A DNA stretch of 64,000 nucleotides from contig CAWCLO010000001.1 in the NCBI GenBank assembly GCA_963796455.1, forward strand, positions 1,216,001-1,280,000. The letters are read 5' to 3'. The stretch is from Candidatus Sulfomarinibacteraceae bacterium (lineage in GTDB: Bacteria; Acidobacteriota; Thermoanaerobaculia; Thermoanaerobaculales; Sulfomarinibacteraceae). The notes below the pieces were generated by a model that saw only the letters and a list, made by a program, of their open reading frames with translations, was not told the DNA's origin and did no database searches. This document shows, piece after piece, positions 39,685 through 49,609 of this stretch; positions within the stretch are counted from its first letter, which is position 1; the number at the start of each line of letters is the position of its first letter. Made by a program: the position numbers and the translations under genes.

Positions 39685-40887
39685 CTACTCGGTTCGCAGG
39701 GCATCCACAGGATCGAGATCCGCCGCCCGCCGGGCCGGAGCCACGCCGCTGATGATGCCAACCAGCAAACACATGGCGAGCGCCGCCGCCACCGCAAGAG
39801 GTGGGGTGGTCAGGGGAAGCCCGGGCACCGCAGCTTTAGAGAGGATCACCAGACCGAATCCAGCACCGAGGCCCAGGAGCCCACCGGTCACCGCCAGCAT
39901 GACGGACTCGAGCAGAAACAGACCTTGAACCGTCGTCCGCGACACGCCGAGCGCCCGCAGGAGACCGATCTCGTTGGTCCGCTCGTGAACCGAAATCCAC
40001 ATGATCGTCAGAATACCGATCGCACCGACAAGCAACGAGACGCCTGCGATTCCCGAGACCGCGATCGTGATCATCCCGATCACCTTGCCAAAGGTTTCGA
40101 GCATTTCGGTCTGGGTGGTGATGGTGAAATCCTCTTCTCCACGATGCCGGCTCATGAGTATGGATCGCATGGCGGCAACCACATCCGGTATGACCTCTGT
40201 CCCGCTCGCCACCACATCGATCTCCACCAACTCATCGACATCAAAGAGATCCATTGCCGACGCCACCGGGACATAGACGGTGTCATCGAGATCGAAGCCC
40301 ATCATCTGTCCTTTGGCTTCCATGACTCCGATGACCACGAAGGTGGAGCCTCCGATTCGGATCCGTTTTCCGAGCGGCGACTCTTCACCGAAGAGTTCTT
40401 GCGACAATTTGTAACCGACCACGGCAAAGGAACTCTTTCGATTCGGGTCCATCGGTGGAAGAAAGACCCCCTGAGAAACCTTCAATCGGAAGGCCTTGGC
40501 CGCTTCCCACCCGACGCCCTGGACAAAGACGCTCCGGCCCCGTCCCCCACCCTCAACCTTCGCCTGACCAAAGGCCACCGGCACCACTTCATTCACATTT
40601 GGCAGCCGACGCAGGCTTTCGGCATCAGCGATGGTGAGCTTGTGGGTCGTCCCACCGAGGGCGCCCGGCATCCCCAGCGTTTTCACTTTGCCTGGGTTGA
40701 CCGCGATGATGCTGGTTCCGAACTGGGTGAACTGGCCGACGATGTAGTCGCGCGTGCCCTCGCCAAGCGAGGTCAACAAAATCACGGCGGTGACACCGAT
40801 GGCAACCCCGAGGGCGGACAGAAAGCTCCGCAATCGATGGCCGCGTAATGCGCCGCCGACAAAGCGGAGGAGCTCTAAAAAATCCAT
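39685..40887 (-). CDS. ABC transporter permease (MacB/FtsX family)
   Basis: HRLRSFLSALGVAIG, ERTNEIGLLRALG, PARRAADLDPVDALR. Confidence 0.92.
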   Translation of the reverse strand: MDFLELLRFVGGALRGHRLRSFLSALGVAIGVTAVILLTSLGEGTRDYIVGQFTQFGTSIIAVNPGKVKTLGMPGALGGTTHKLTIADAESLRRLPNVNEVVPVAFGQAKVEGGGRGRSVFVQGVGWEAAKAFRLKVSQGVFLPPMDPNRKSSFAVVGYKLSQELFGEESPLGKRIRIGGSTFVVIGVMEAKGQMMGFDLDDTVYVPVASAMDLFDVDELVEIDVVASGTEVIPDVVAAMRSILMSRHRGEEDFTITTQTEMLETFGKVIGMITIAVSGIAGVSLLVGAIGILTIMWISVHERTNEIGLLRALGVSRTTVQGLFLLESVMLAVTGGLLGLGAGFGLVILSKAAVPGLPLTTPPLAVAAALAMCLLVGIISGVAPARRAADLDPVDALRTE

Positions 40888-40900
40888 CCATCCTCCTCTC

Positions 40901-40990
40901 GAGTTCGGAATTCGGAATTCGGAATTCGGAGTTGAACTCGCCAGCCCGGAAAAGGGCGAATTCCGAACTCCGAACTCCGATCTCCGAATT
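40901..40990. repeat. Inverted heptamer arrays (TTCGGAA/G)n...(TCCGAAC)n
   Basis: Intercistronic, complementary arms. Confidence 0.85.
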
Positions 40991-40996
40991 GACTGA

Positions 40997-42196
40997 TCAT
41001 CGTCCCACCAGGGCCTCAACCGGATCGAGGCGGGCAGCACGGCGGGCCGGAACCACGCCAAAAAAGACGCCGACAACAATCGAGGTAACAAGCGATGCAA
41101 CGATCGCCCACGTCGGAGTCGCGGCCGGAAAAGTCGGATAGACCTGGACAAAGGCTGCGATGGCACCGGCCCCGACCGCCAATCCGACCAATCCGCCGAC
41201 CGTCGACAAAACCGAGGCCTCGGCGATGAAGACCGTCATGATCTGGGAGGTACTGGCTCCCAATGCCTTGAGCAGCCCGATCTCGCGTCGACGCTCCGAA
41301 ACCGCCACCAGCATGACGTTCATGATGCCGACACCCGCGACAGTCAGTGAAACCGATGCAATTGCCGCCAGCGCCAGGGTCAAGACCCCAAGAATGGAGT
41401 CGAGGGTCGCAACAACCGCATCCTGGGTAATGACCGTGACATCTTCGGTGCGGTGTCGTTCGGCAAGCAACTCGATGACAGCCGCCTTGCCGGCCTCGAG
41501 ATCGGTGTTTTCAGGCATTTCGACAAGGATTCTGAACAAAGTGCTTCGATTGAAGACCCGCATCGCAGTTCGCACAGGAATGAAGACCAGATCGTCAAAA
41601 TCGAAACCGAGGGACCGCCCCCGCGGGCTGAGGACACCAACCACGCGAAATCGCCATTCTCCAAGTCGGACAACTTCGCCGAGTGGGTTTTCCGAGCCAA
41701 AGAGTTCCTGCGCAACCTTTATGCCGAGCACCATTTCGGATCCACCCTGGTCGGGATCGCCCCGTTTCAGAAACTGGCCCGACCCGATCTGCAGACGGCG
41801 GACCTCGAGCAGATCCGCCGTAGTGCCGAAAACAGACACCGAACGCGCCTTCCCGGCATAACGGATCTTTTCCTCTCCTGAAGCCAGAGGCGCCGCCCTC
41901 TCGACCATGGGAATTCGCGTCGACACCGCCCGAAAATCATCGATGGTGAGATCATTGACGACTCCACCAAAGGGCATCATCCCCGTTGTTTCAACCTTTC
42001 CCGGTATCACGATCAGAAGATTGGTGCCGAGGGAGCTGAACTCCTGCACGACGTATTTTCGTGCGCCCTCTCCGAGAGCGGTCAGAGCAACCACCGCAGC
42101 GATCCCAACCGCGACACCCGTGATCGACAGCACTGTTCGCAACCGGTGGCCCCGCAGCGCACCCACCGCAAACGCGATCAGCTCACCGAGAGCCAT
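40997..42196 (-). CDS. ABC transporter permease (MacB/FtsX family)
   Basis: HRLRTVLS, GIMNVMLVAVSERRREIGLLKALGA. Confidence 0.92.
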   Translation of the reverse strand: MALGELIAFAVGALRGHRLRTVLSITGVAVGIAAVVALTALGEGARKYVVQEFSSLGTNLLIVIPGKVETTGMMPFGGVVNDLTIDDFRAVSTRIPMVERAAPLASGEEKIRYAGKARSVSVFGTTADLLEVRRLQIGSGQFLKRGDPDQGGSEMVLGIKVAQELFGSENPLGEVVRLGEWRFRVVGVLSPRGRSLGFDFDDLVFIPVRTAMRVFNRSTLFRILVEMPENTDLEAGKAAVIELLAERHRTEDVTVITQDAVVATLDSILGVLTLALAAIASVSLTVAGVGIMNVMLVAVSERRREIGLLKALGASTSQIMTVFIAEASVLSTVGGLVGLAVGAGAIAAFVQVYPTFPAATPTWAIVASLVTSIVVGVFFGVVPARRAARLDPVEALVGR

Positions 42197-42208
42197 CTAC
42201 CACCACCC

Positions 42209-42327
42209 AATTCGGAGTTCGGGTTCGGAGTTCGGAGTTCGGAGTTCGGAGTTCGGCAAGTCATCCACATTCTGGCAACGAAGATCCAGGTGGAAATTCC
42301 GACTTGCGAATCCAAAACTCCGAACTC
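42209..42327. repeat. Inverted heptamer arrays (TTCGGAG)n...(CTCCGAA)n
   Basis: Intercistronic, complementary arms (right arm degenerate). Confidence 0.85.
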
Positions 42328-42332
42328 GCCTC

Positions 42333-43001
42333 TCATCGTCGCTCCACGATTTCACCGTCGTCCATCCGCACCGCGGACCGGGCTCGTTGTGCCACCTCTG
42401 GATCGTGGGTCACCAGGACCACGGTTTGTCCGTTTTGATTCATCGTGCCGAGCAGATCCATGATCTCGAGGGCCGCCGTCCGGTCGAGATTGCCGGTTGG
42501 TTCGTCCGCGAGCAGGAGACCCGGTTCCATGACAACCGCTCGGGCGATCGCGACCCGCTGGCGCTGACCGCCTGACAGCTGATCCGGTCGGTGGTGGCTC
42601 CTCGACTCGAGACCCACAGACTTCAGAGCGTCAGCCGCACGCTGCCGCCTTTCGGCCCGAACGACACCGGCAAAGAGCATCGGCAACTCGACGTTGCCCT
42701 GCGCCGTGAGCCTGGGCAGCAGGTGAAAGAACTGAAAGACGAATCCGATCTCCGACTGCCGCAACCGTGTCCGCTCCGCGTCGGGAAGGGAGATCACTTC
42801 GCGATCATTGAATCGATACGAGCCCGACGTCGGGCGATCGAGACAGCCCAGAACATTGAGGAGCGTCGATTTCCCCGACCCCGACGGCCCCATCACAGCA
42901 AGGTAGTCGCCCTTCGAAATCTCGAGACTCACATCACGCAGGGCGTGGACCTCTGAATCGCCAACGTGATAGGTGCGCCAGAGTTTTTCCAGAGAAATCA
43001 C
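42333..43001 (-). CDS. ABC transporter ATP-binding protein (LolD/MacB type)
   Basis: GPSGSGKST, LSGGQRQR, LADEPTGNLD, VTHD; start estimated. Confidence 0.93.
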   Translation of the reverse strand: MISLEKLWRTYHVGDSEVHALRDVSLEISKGDYLAVMGPSGSGKSTLLNVLGCLDRPTSGSYRFNDREVISLPDAERTRLRQSEIGFVFQFFHLLPRLTAQGNVELPMLFAGVVRAERRQRAADALKSVGLESRSHHRPDQLSGGQRQRVAIARAVVMEPGLLLADEPTGNLDRTAALEIMDLLGTMNQNGQTVVLVTHDPEVAQRARSAVRMDDGEIVERR

Positions 43002-43020
43002 GACGCCGGCTCCGACAACA

Positions 43021-43133
43021 AGTTTTGCGAGTTCTGAGTTCGGAGTTCGGAATGCGGAGATTCCGACACACCTCCCCTTCCCATCGCTGAGGGCAGAGAC
43101 AATTCCGAACTCCGAATTCCGAATTCCGAATTC
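43021..43133. repeat. Inverted heptamer arrays (TTCGGAG)n...(TTCCGAA)n
   Basis: Intercistronic, complementary arms. Confidence 0.85.
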
Positions 43134-44271
43134 ATTTCGCCTGCTCCTGAGCCAACGCCCCAGCCTTGATCTCCGGGCGATTGCGGGCCACCACCACTCG
43201 ATCACCCTCGTCGAGGCCGTCAACCACCTCGGCGAATCGCCAGTTCTTGAGACCGATCTCTACGATTCGCTCGACGAGAGATCCTTCACTCAGAATCAAT
43301 ACGCTGCCGCCCTCGGCCACCGCCGAAGCGGGTATCCGGAGCGCTTCTGCTCGGTTTTCGAGGATAACCTCGACATCAGCCGAAGTACCGGGCAGCACAC
43401 CGAGCATCAACGCTTCGTCGCTGAGTTCGCACTCCAATTCGACGGTCCGATTCTGCTCGAGAACATCCAGAACATATGGAGCCACCCTCGATACAGATCC
43501 CTCGAAACTCTGGTCCGGGCGCGAATCCACGGTCACTCGAACGGCCTGACCGATGCGAACGCGTTCCGCATCCACCTCGTCGATCGGCGCACTGACATAG
43601 ATCGACGCCGGGTCCAGGAGATCGACCACCGGAGGAATCGGCAGTCCCGGGGGAGATGGTGTGATGTACTCGCCGACTTCAGTACTCAGCTCGGCGATGA
43701 TGCCCGCAAAAGGCGCCCGAAGCTGGGTGAAATCCAACTGCACCTGGACCGCACCGACCCGGCTCTGGGCCTGGCCGACCGCGGCCCGGGCAGCAGAACA
43801 GCCCGCCCGTGTCCGGTCGCGATCGGTGCGCAGGAGATCCAGGTTCTGGTCGCTTGCGATGCCTTGGGCGTGTAGGGTTTCGACCCTCGTGAGCTCCTTT
43901 TCTGCCAACTCGGCGGCGAGACAGGCCTCGTCCGCCTGGGCGCGAGCGGCGATCACCGATGCTCTGGCAGATAACAACTCGGCCCGCTGGGCCCGGCCGT
44001 CCAGCTCGACCACGACCTCACCCTCGGAAACCCGATCGCCTTCCCTGAAAGGAAGTCCGACCACCAATCCTCCGATCTGCGGCGACAGTTCCGCCCGCAA
44101 CCGAACTTTGACCGTTCCGGCGCGGGTATTGCTGACCGTTTGCTCGACCACACCGCGTTCGACGGCGGTGGTCCTGACTTCGACCACTACCGGGGCAAAG
44201 ACCGTAAACCGCATGACAATCAACAACGCCACGATAACGAGGACGATGGCGATCCATTTGATGCTTTTCAT
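43132..44271 (-). CDS. Periplasmic adaptor subunit (MacA/HlyD family)
   Basis: N-terminal TM, REGDRV, RAPFAG, DEVD..RVRIGQ, GLDEGDRVV. Confidence 0.92.
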   Translation of the reverse strand: MKSIKWIAIVLVIVALLIVMRFTVFAPVVVEVRTTAVERGVVEQTVSNTRAGTVKVRLRAELSPQIGGLVVGLPFREGDRVSEGEVVVELDGRAQRAELLSARASVIAARAQADEACLAAELAEKELTRVETLHAQGIASDQNLDLLRTDRDRTRAGCSAARAAVGQAQSRVGAVQVQLDFTQLRAPFAGIIAELSTEVGEYITPSPPGLPIPPVVDLLDPASIYVSAPIDEVDAERVRIGQAVRVTVDSRPDQSFEGSVSRVAPYVLDVLEQNRTVELECELSDEALMLGVLPGTSADVEVILENRAEALRIPASAVAEGGSVLILSEGSLVERIVEIGLKNWRFAEVVDGLDEGDRVVVARNRPEIKAGALAQEQAK

Positions 44272-44427
44272 GATTGGTTATTGTACTCCCCCGCTGCCGA
44301 GCTACGGTTTGTTGCAACGATGGTTTTCAGATAAACGGCGCTCATCGATGGCATCGGCGAAACCGGGATGACGCGACCGCCGATCCGAGCTACAGTTGCT
44401 GATCTGCACATCGCTGGAGGGATATGG

Positions 44428-45816
44428 ATGAGCGACGAGAACCGTGAGATCAAGACCGCAGAAGAGCCCGAAGAAAAACCATCGTGGCGGTTCCCACAGA
44501 CATTCTGGACCGGTAATGCCGCCGAGCTTTGCGAACGCGCCGCCTACTACGGTACCTTCATCGCGCTGCGAACCTACCTCATTCGGGTGGTGGGCCTCGA
44601 CGACGTCCAGGCGGGCATTGTTGCCGGCCTTTTCGGCGGCTGGATCTATCTGGTGCCCTTCTTCACCGGCGCCATCGCCGATCGCATGGGGTTCCGGAAA
44701 GCACTCATCCTCGCATTCGCCCTGCTGACGGTGGGCTACGGAATGCTCGGTGTCTTCAACACCCTCGCTCCCGTCCTGATCGGGCTGTTCGTGATCGTGA
44801 TCGGCGGAGCATTTGTCAAACCGGTCATCACCGGCACGGTGGCGAAATCATCGAACTTGGTGAATCGCGCCCGCGCTTTCAGTATTTTCTACATGGTCGT
44901 CAATATCGGTTCCTTCACCGGAAAGACCATCGTCGCTCCGATGCGCATCCAGATGGGTGTTGAAACCGTTCCCTACTTTTCGGCCGGTGCGAGCTTCTTT
45001 GCCCTGGTTCTGGTCATGTTGATCTACCGGCCGCCGGATGACACCGACGCACAACCCAAGAATCTGCGCGAAACCCTTCAGGGCATGTGGATGGCGATGA
45101 GCAACATGCGCTTTCTCGCTCTGATTCTCATCACAGCCGGTTTCTGGGCGATCCAGGGCCAGCTCTACGCGTCGATGCCCGACTATGTGCTGCGGATGGC
45201 CGGTGAGACCTACAAGCCGGAGTGGTACGCCAACGTCAATCCGCTGGTGGTGGTCCTGTTCGTGGTCGCTATCACGCAGATGGTTCGTAAGTGGAAGCCC
45301 CAGAATTCCATGTTGGTTGCGATGGCATTGATCCCGCTGTCCTCGGTTGCCATGGCCACATCCTCGTGGTTCTCCGGCCCGGTGCACATCTTTGGACTCG
45401 AGGTCCACCCGATCACGCTGATGATGGTCATCGGTATTTCCATCCAGGGTCTGGCCGAATGTTTTCTCTCACCCAAATGGTTGGAGTTCGCATCGAAACA
45501 GGCCCCCCGTGGCCGCGAAGGGGTTTTTCTGGGTTTCGCCCACATGAATACCTTTTTCGCCTGGATTTTCGGTTTCATCTTTTCAGGCTATCTGCTCAAG
45601 GCCTATTGCCCTGAACCGACCACGCTGCCCCAAGCCATACAGGATCAGCACACTCTGGCGTTGGCCGGTCAGGCCCCGATGCCCGAGGTCTATGCTCATG
45701 CCAACTATCTGTGGTGGGCCTATGCCGGAATCGGGCTGACGTCGTTTATCGCATTGGTCATATTTATCTGGGTCACCAATCGCCTGGACGTGCGACAGGC
45801 ACCCGCGAAACAGTGA
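44428..45816 (+). CDS. MFS transporter, POT/PTR-like
   Basis: ELCERAAYYG, GAIADRMG, FVKP, FYMVVNIG. Confidence 0.85.
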   Translation: MSDENREIKTAEEPEEKPSWRFPQTFWTGNAAELCERAAYYGTFIALRTYLIRVVGLDDVQAGIVAGLFGGWIYLVPFFTGAIADRMGFRKALILAFALLTVGYGMLGVFNTLAPVLIGLFVIVIGGAFVKPVITGTVAKSSNLVNRARAFSIFYMVVNIGSFTGKTIVAPMRIQMGVETVPYFSAGASFFALVLVMLIYRPPDDTDAQPKNLRETLQGMWMAMSNMRFLALILITAGFWAIQGQLYASMPDYVLRMAGETYKPEWYANVNPLVVVLFVVAITQMVRKWKPQNSMLVAMALIPLSSVAMATSSWFSGPVHIFGLEVHPITLMMVIGISIQGLAECFLSPKWLEFASKQAPRGREGVFLGFAHMNTFFAWIFGFIFSGYLLKAYCPEPTTLPQAIQDQHTLALAGQAPMPEVYAHANYLWWAYAGIGLTSFIALVIFIWVTNRLDVRQAPAKQ

Positions 45817-46868
45817 TGGACGGACCGGTAGAGGTTCTGCTCCAGCCGTACGACCTTTCTGCAGCCATCGAACTACCGAATCGGATCGTGATGGCGCCGA
45901 TGACGCGCAGCATGGCGGGCCCGGGTCTCGTCGTGACGCACGCATCAGCCGAATACTATGCTCGCCGCGCATCGGCCGGTCTCCTGATCAGCGAAGGGAC
46001 GATCATTCGTCCCGATGGGCAGGGTTACCCGGATGTCCCGGGGATTTTTACCGATGTCCAGATCGAGGGCTGGCGCGAAGTGGCAACCAGGGTTCACGAA
46101 AAGGACGGCAGGATCTTTCTTCAGCTGTGGCACGTCGGACGGATCTCCCACCCAAACTATCTCTCTGGAGACCTGCCCGTCGCACCCTCTGCCGTTCCGC
46201 TCTCAGGCCGGATACCGCGGGCCAAAGCACTCGAGTATGGCGTCCCCCGTGCGCTCGAAAACACGGAGATCAACGACATCGTCTCCGCTTTCGGCACGTC
46301 GGCCGCCAACGCCATCGGCGCGGGCGCCGACGGAGTCGAGATCCACGGGGCCAACGGGTATCTCATCGACCAGTTTCTCCACCATCACACCAATCGTCGC
46401 GACGACGCCTGGGGCGGGTCGCCAGCGCGCATGTGCCGCTTCGCCCTTGAAGTGGTCGATGCTGTGGTCGATGCGGCGGGCTCCGATCGGGTGGGCATCC
46501 GGCTCTCCCCGGGCGCCTATTTCAACCAGGAATCACACCCCGACGATGCCGGTGTGTACAAACTCCTGCTCGAAGAGCTCTCGGGTCGAAGTCTGGCCTA
46601 TGTCCACGTCGGTATTTTTGATCACTCGATCGAATTCGAGCACCTCGGTGGGACTGCCGAGGCATTTATCAGACGCCACTACCAGGGCACGCTCATCGGT
46701 TGCGGAAGCTACGATCCCACCTCCGCCGCCCGGTCCATTGACACAGACGCGTTCGATCTCATCGCCTTCGGCCGACCGTTCATCGCCAACCCCGACCTCG
46801 TCGAACGCATTCGAGACGGTTCCGAGCTCGCGCCCTACGATGAGGGCTTGTTGAAGCGCTTGGATTGA
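45816..46868 (+). CDS. Old Yellow Enzyme family alkene reductase (NemA-like)
   Basis: NRIVMAPMTR, QLWHVGR, EIHGANGYLIDQF, FGRPFIANPDLV. Confidence 0.93.
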   Translation: MDGPVEVLLQPYDLSAAIELPNRIVMAPMTRSMAGPGLVVTHASAEYYARRASAGLLISEGTIIRPDGQGYPDVPGIFTDVQIEGWREVATRVHEKDGRIFLQLWHVGRISHPNYLSGDLPVAPSAVPLSGRIPRAKALEYGVPRALENTEINDIVSAFGTSAANAIGAGADGVEIHGANGYLIDQFLHHHTNRRDDAWGGSPARMCRFALEVVDAVVDAAGSDRVGIRLSPGAYFNQESHPDDAGVYKLLLEELSGRSLAYVHVGIFDHSIEFEHLGGTAEAFIRRHYQGTLIGCGSYDPTSAARSIDTDAFDLIAFGRPFIANPDLVERIRDGSELAPYDEGLLKRLD

Positions 46869-46926
46869 GGCGGCCGAAGAACTCTTTTGATCCGGAGACG
46901 TTTCTCTTGACTGGAGGAGTCAAACC

Positions 46927-47619
46927 ATGAAAAAGACCCGATCGCTGCCGATCGTCATCGCCTGCTGCCTGATTGCCGCAAGTTGCGGCGTCAACAAGAA
47001 CATCCAGGTCAATGACGGGGAAACGCTGAACAGCGGCAGATCCACCGTCAACGGCAGTGTCCAGATCGGCGAAGGCTGCGTTGTTCGCGGCGATTGCCGC
47101 ACCGTCAACGGACGGGTCCTTGTCGGTTCCGGATCGGAGGTCGGCGGTCTGCAGACCGTCAATGGCAGCATCAAGATTTCAAGCGAAGTGACGATCGACG
47201 GGTCGGTCGGGACCGTCAACGGTTCAATCCAGATCGCAGAGGACGTTTCGATCCTGGGTGAGGTCGGGACCGTCAACGGATCGATCGAATGTCTGAACGG
47301 TTCCGAAATCAACGATGACATCTCGTCCGTCAACGGCTCCATCACCCTCGTGCAAACGGTCGTTTCCGGCGATCTGGTCACGAGCAACGGATCCATCTTG
47401 CTCCGCGAAGGATCAAGGGTTGTCGAGGACATCAGGATCCGCGGCAAGGCAAAGGGCGGGCTCGGCAACAAAACCCTCGAAATCACTATCGCAGAAGGGT
47501 CCGTCGTGGAGGGCGACATCGTCGTCCAGGACGACAAACGGAAAGTGACGGTCATCCTGTCTGACGGCGGTCTCGTCGAGGGAGAGATCGTGAACGCCGA
47601 GGTCATCACAAGATCCTGA
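46927..47619 (+). CDS. Lipoprotein with seven TVNG repeats (beta-solenoid-like)
   Basis: IAASC lipobox; (T/S)(V/S)NG repeats at ~17 aa spacing. Confidence 0.75.
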   Translation: MKKTRSLPIVIACCLIAASCGVNKNIQVNDGETLNSGRSTVNGSVQIGEGCVVRGDCRTVNGRVLVGSGSEVGGLQTVNGSIKISSEVTIDGSVGTVNGSIQIAEDVSILGEVGTVNGSIECLNGSEINDDISSVNGSITLVQTVVSGDLVTSNGSILLREGSRVVEDIRIRGKAKGGLGNKTLEITIAEGSVVEGDIVVQDDKRKVTVILSDGGLVEGEIVNAEVITRS

Positions 47620-47636
47620 CAAGCAGACGTCAGCGT

Positions 47637-47684
47637 TTGACAGACTCGACCTCTCGGTAATACTCTGTAACACTCACCCGAGAG
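47637..47684 (+). promoter_or_regulatory. Putative sigma70 promoter with overlapping direct-repeat operator
   Basis: TTGACA 47637-47642; GTAATACTC / GTAACACTC at 47657 and 47667; flanking CTCTCGG...CCGAGAG. Confidence 0.55.
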
Positions 47685-47711
47685 ATCACCGAGGAACCGA
47701 GGAGTCAAACC

Positions 47712-47981
47712 ATGGCCACGCACAGCGGAAAACAACAGATCATTACCTTCAAGGCCGAAGACGCGCTGGTCGAGGCGATGCAGGACATCCCCAACCGATC
47801 CGAGTTCATCCGCTCCGCCATCCTCGCGGCGCTCGACGGCGCCTGCCCCATCTGCCACGGCACCGGCGTACTCAACGCGAATCAACAACGCCACTGGCAG
47901 GAGTTCAGCCGCACCCACCAGATGCAACCGTGTGAAGATTGCGACGAGGGCCGGTTGGTGTGCGTCGCGGTCCACGAATGA
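47712..47981 (+). CDS. Ribbon-helix-helix (CopG-like) regulator with Cys/His-rich C-terminus
   Basis: IITFK strand, NRSEFIRSAI helix, CPIC, CEDC, extra H/C; GGAG RBS; first gene of metal ABC operon. Confidence 0.7.
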   Translation: MATHSGKQQIITFKAEDALVEAMQDIPNRSEFIRSAILAALDGACPICHGTGVLNANQQRHWQEFSRTHQMQPCEDCDEGRLVCVAVHE

Positions 47982-47991
47982 AGAATTCCAG

Positions 47992-48855
47992 GTGAAGCCC
48001 TTTTTCCTCTTCACCCTGCTGGTGGTGGCGGCAACCCTCCCGGTCGGTGCAGCCGAGCCCCCGCTCGTGGTTGTCAGCATTCCGCCACAGCAGTGGTTGG
48101 TCGAGCGCCTCGCTCGAGAGCAGATCGACGTCAGGGTCCTGCTGCCACCGGGTTCTTCGCCGGCAACCTATGATCCTTCGCCGCGACAGCTCACCACCCT
48201 GACCGATTCGGCGCTCTTTCTCACCATCGGGGTCCCTTTTGAAGGGGCCGTCGTGCCGACGATCTCCGATCTGATGCCCGAAGTCTCGATTGTTGATACG
48301 GGTGTGGGGGTCCACCGAAGGTCGATGACCGAAGGTCACGACCATGAACACCACAGTTTGGGAGATCCCCATATCTGGCTCGATCCGGTTCGGATGAAGA
48401 TCATCGCGGCGACAACTGCGGAGGCTCTGAAGGGCGTTCTGCCATCGAGCCACGCCGCGATCGATTCGCGACTCCAGGCCCTTCATCAAGAGCTCGATTC
48501 CATCGATCGACGGGTGGCGGAGATCCTCCAGCCCGTCAAAGGGCGTGAGATCCTCGTATTTCACCCCGCCTACGGGTATTTCACGGATCGATACCAACTC
48601 ATCCAGGTGGCGATCGAGGTCGAAGGCAAGTCGCCGACCGGTCGTCATTTGGCTTCGATCATCGACCGATTCGGCGGACGGAAGGCTCCGGCAGTCTTTG
48701 TCCAGCCCCAGTTCTCCGCCGCCTCCGCACAGCGCGTGGCAGACGCTCTCGGTTGCGCCGTGGTCAAACTCGATCCGCTGGCCTCCGACTACACGGACAA
48801 CCTCGAAATCATGGCGACTCTGATCGCCACCGAACTCGGAGATCGAGATGACTGA
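47992..48855 (+). CDS. znuA: Zn/Mn ABC transporter substrate-binding protein (ZnuA-like)
   Basis: VSIPPQ, GSSPATYDP, His-rich loop, DPHIWLDP, FHPAYGYF, DPLA. Confidence 0.85.
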   Translation: MKPFFLFTLLVVAATLPVGAAEPPLVVVSIPPQQWLVERLAREQIDVRVLLPPGSSPATYDPSPRQLTTLTDSALFLTIGVPFEGAVVPTISDLMPEVSIVDTGVGVHRRSMTEGHDHEHHSLGDPHIWLDPVRMKIIAATTAEALKGVLPSSHAAIDSRLQALHQELDSIDRRVAEILQPVKGREILVFHPAYGYFTDRYQLIQVAIEVEGKSPTGRHLASIIDRFGGRKAPAVFVQPQFSAASAQRVADALGCAVVKLDPLASDYTDNLEIMATLIATELGDRDD

Positions 48856-49609
48856 ATCATCCACTCCACAACCGGTCATCGAGATCCGGGATCTCGGCTT
48901 CCAGTTCGAAAACGGGCCACCGGTGCTCCAAAAGGTCAATCTGGAAGTAGTTGAAGGCGATTTCGCCAGCGTCATCGGACCCAACGGAGGCGGCAAAACT
49001 ACCCTCGTCAAAATCATCGTTGGGCTCTTGAAACCGACCACAGGCAGCGTCCGGATCTTTGGTCAGGCACCGACGAAAATCCGTCGCCGGGTCGGCTATA
49101 TGCCACAGCACGCGATGATGGACCCACGCTTCCCGGTGCGCGCCCAGGAGGTCGTCATGATGGGCAGGCTCGGTCAGGGGCCGCGTTTCGGCGGCTACCT
49201 GCGATCGGATCGGGCGGCGGCGACGGCGGCCCTCGATGAAGTCGGTCTTGGCGATCTGGGGTCGCGGCCATTCTCAGAGCTTTCCGGGGGGCAACGACAG
49301 CGGGTGCTGCTCGCCCGCGCGCTCGTCACCGATCCCGATCTGCTGCTCCTCGACGAGCCCGCAGCAGGTCTCGATCAGAGGGTCGAGCGCGATTTCTTCG
49401 ATCTCCTGCGCGAACTCAACAAAAAACTCACAATTGTCCTCGTCTCACACGATCTGGGGTTCGTCGCGAGCTTTGTGCGCACCGTGATCTGCGTCCACGG
49501 CACGGTCGATATCCACCCCACGAGCGCCCTTGACGGAACCCGTATTTCGGAGGTCTATGGCGGCGACGTGCGAATGGTTCATCACCACCACCATGGCGGG
49601 AAGCCCTGA
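48848..49609 (+). CDS. znuC: Metal ABC transporter ATP-binding protein (ZnuC-like)
   Basis: GPNGGGKTT, GYMPQ, LSGGQRQR, VSHD, C-terminal His5. Confidence 0.85.
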   Translation: MTESSTPQPVIEIRDLGFQFENGPPVLQKVNLEVVEGDFASVIGPNGGGKTTLVKIIVGLLKPTTGSVRIFGQAPTKIRRRVGYMPQHAMMDPRFPVRAQEVVMMGRLGQGPRFGGYLRSDRAAATAALDEVGLGDLGSRPFSELSGGQRQRVLLARALVTDPDLLLLDEPAAGLDQRVERDFFDLLRELNKKLTIVLVSHDLGFVASFVRTVICVHGTVDIHPTSALDGTRISEVYGGDVRMVHHHHHGGKP

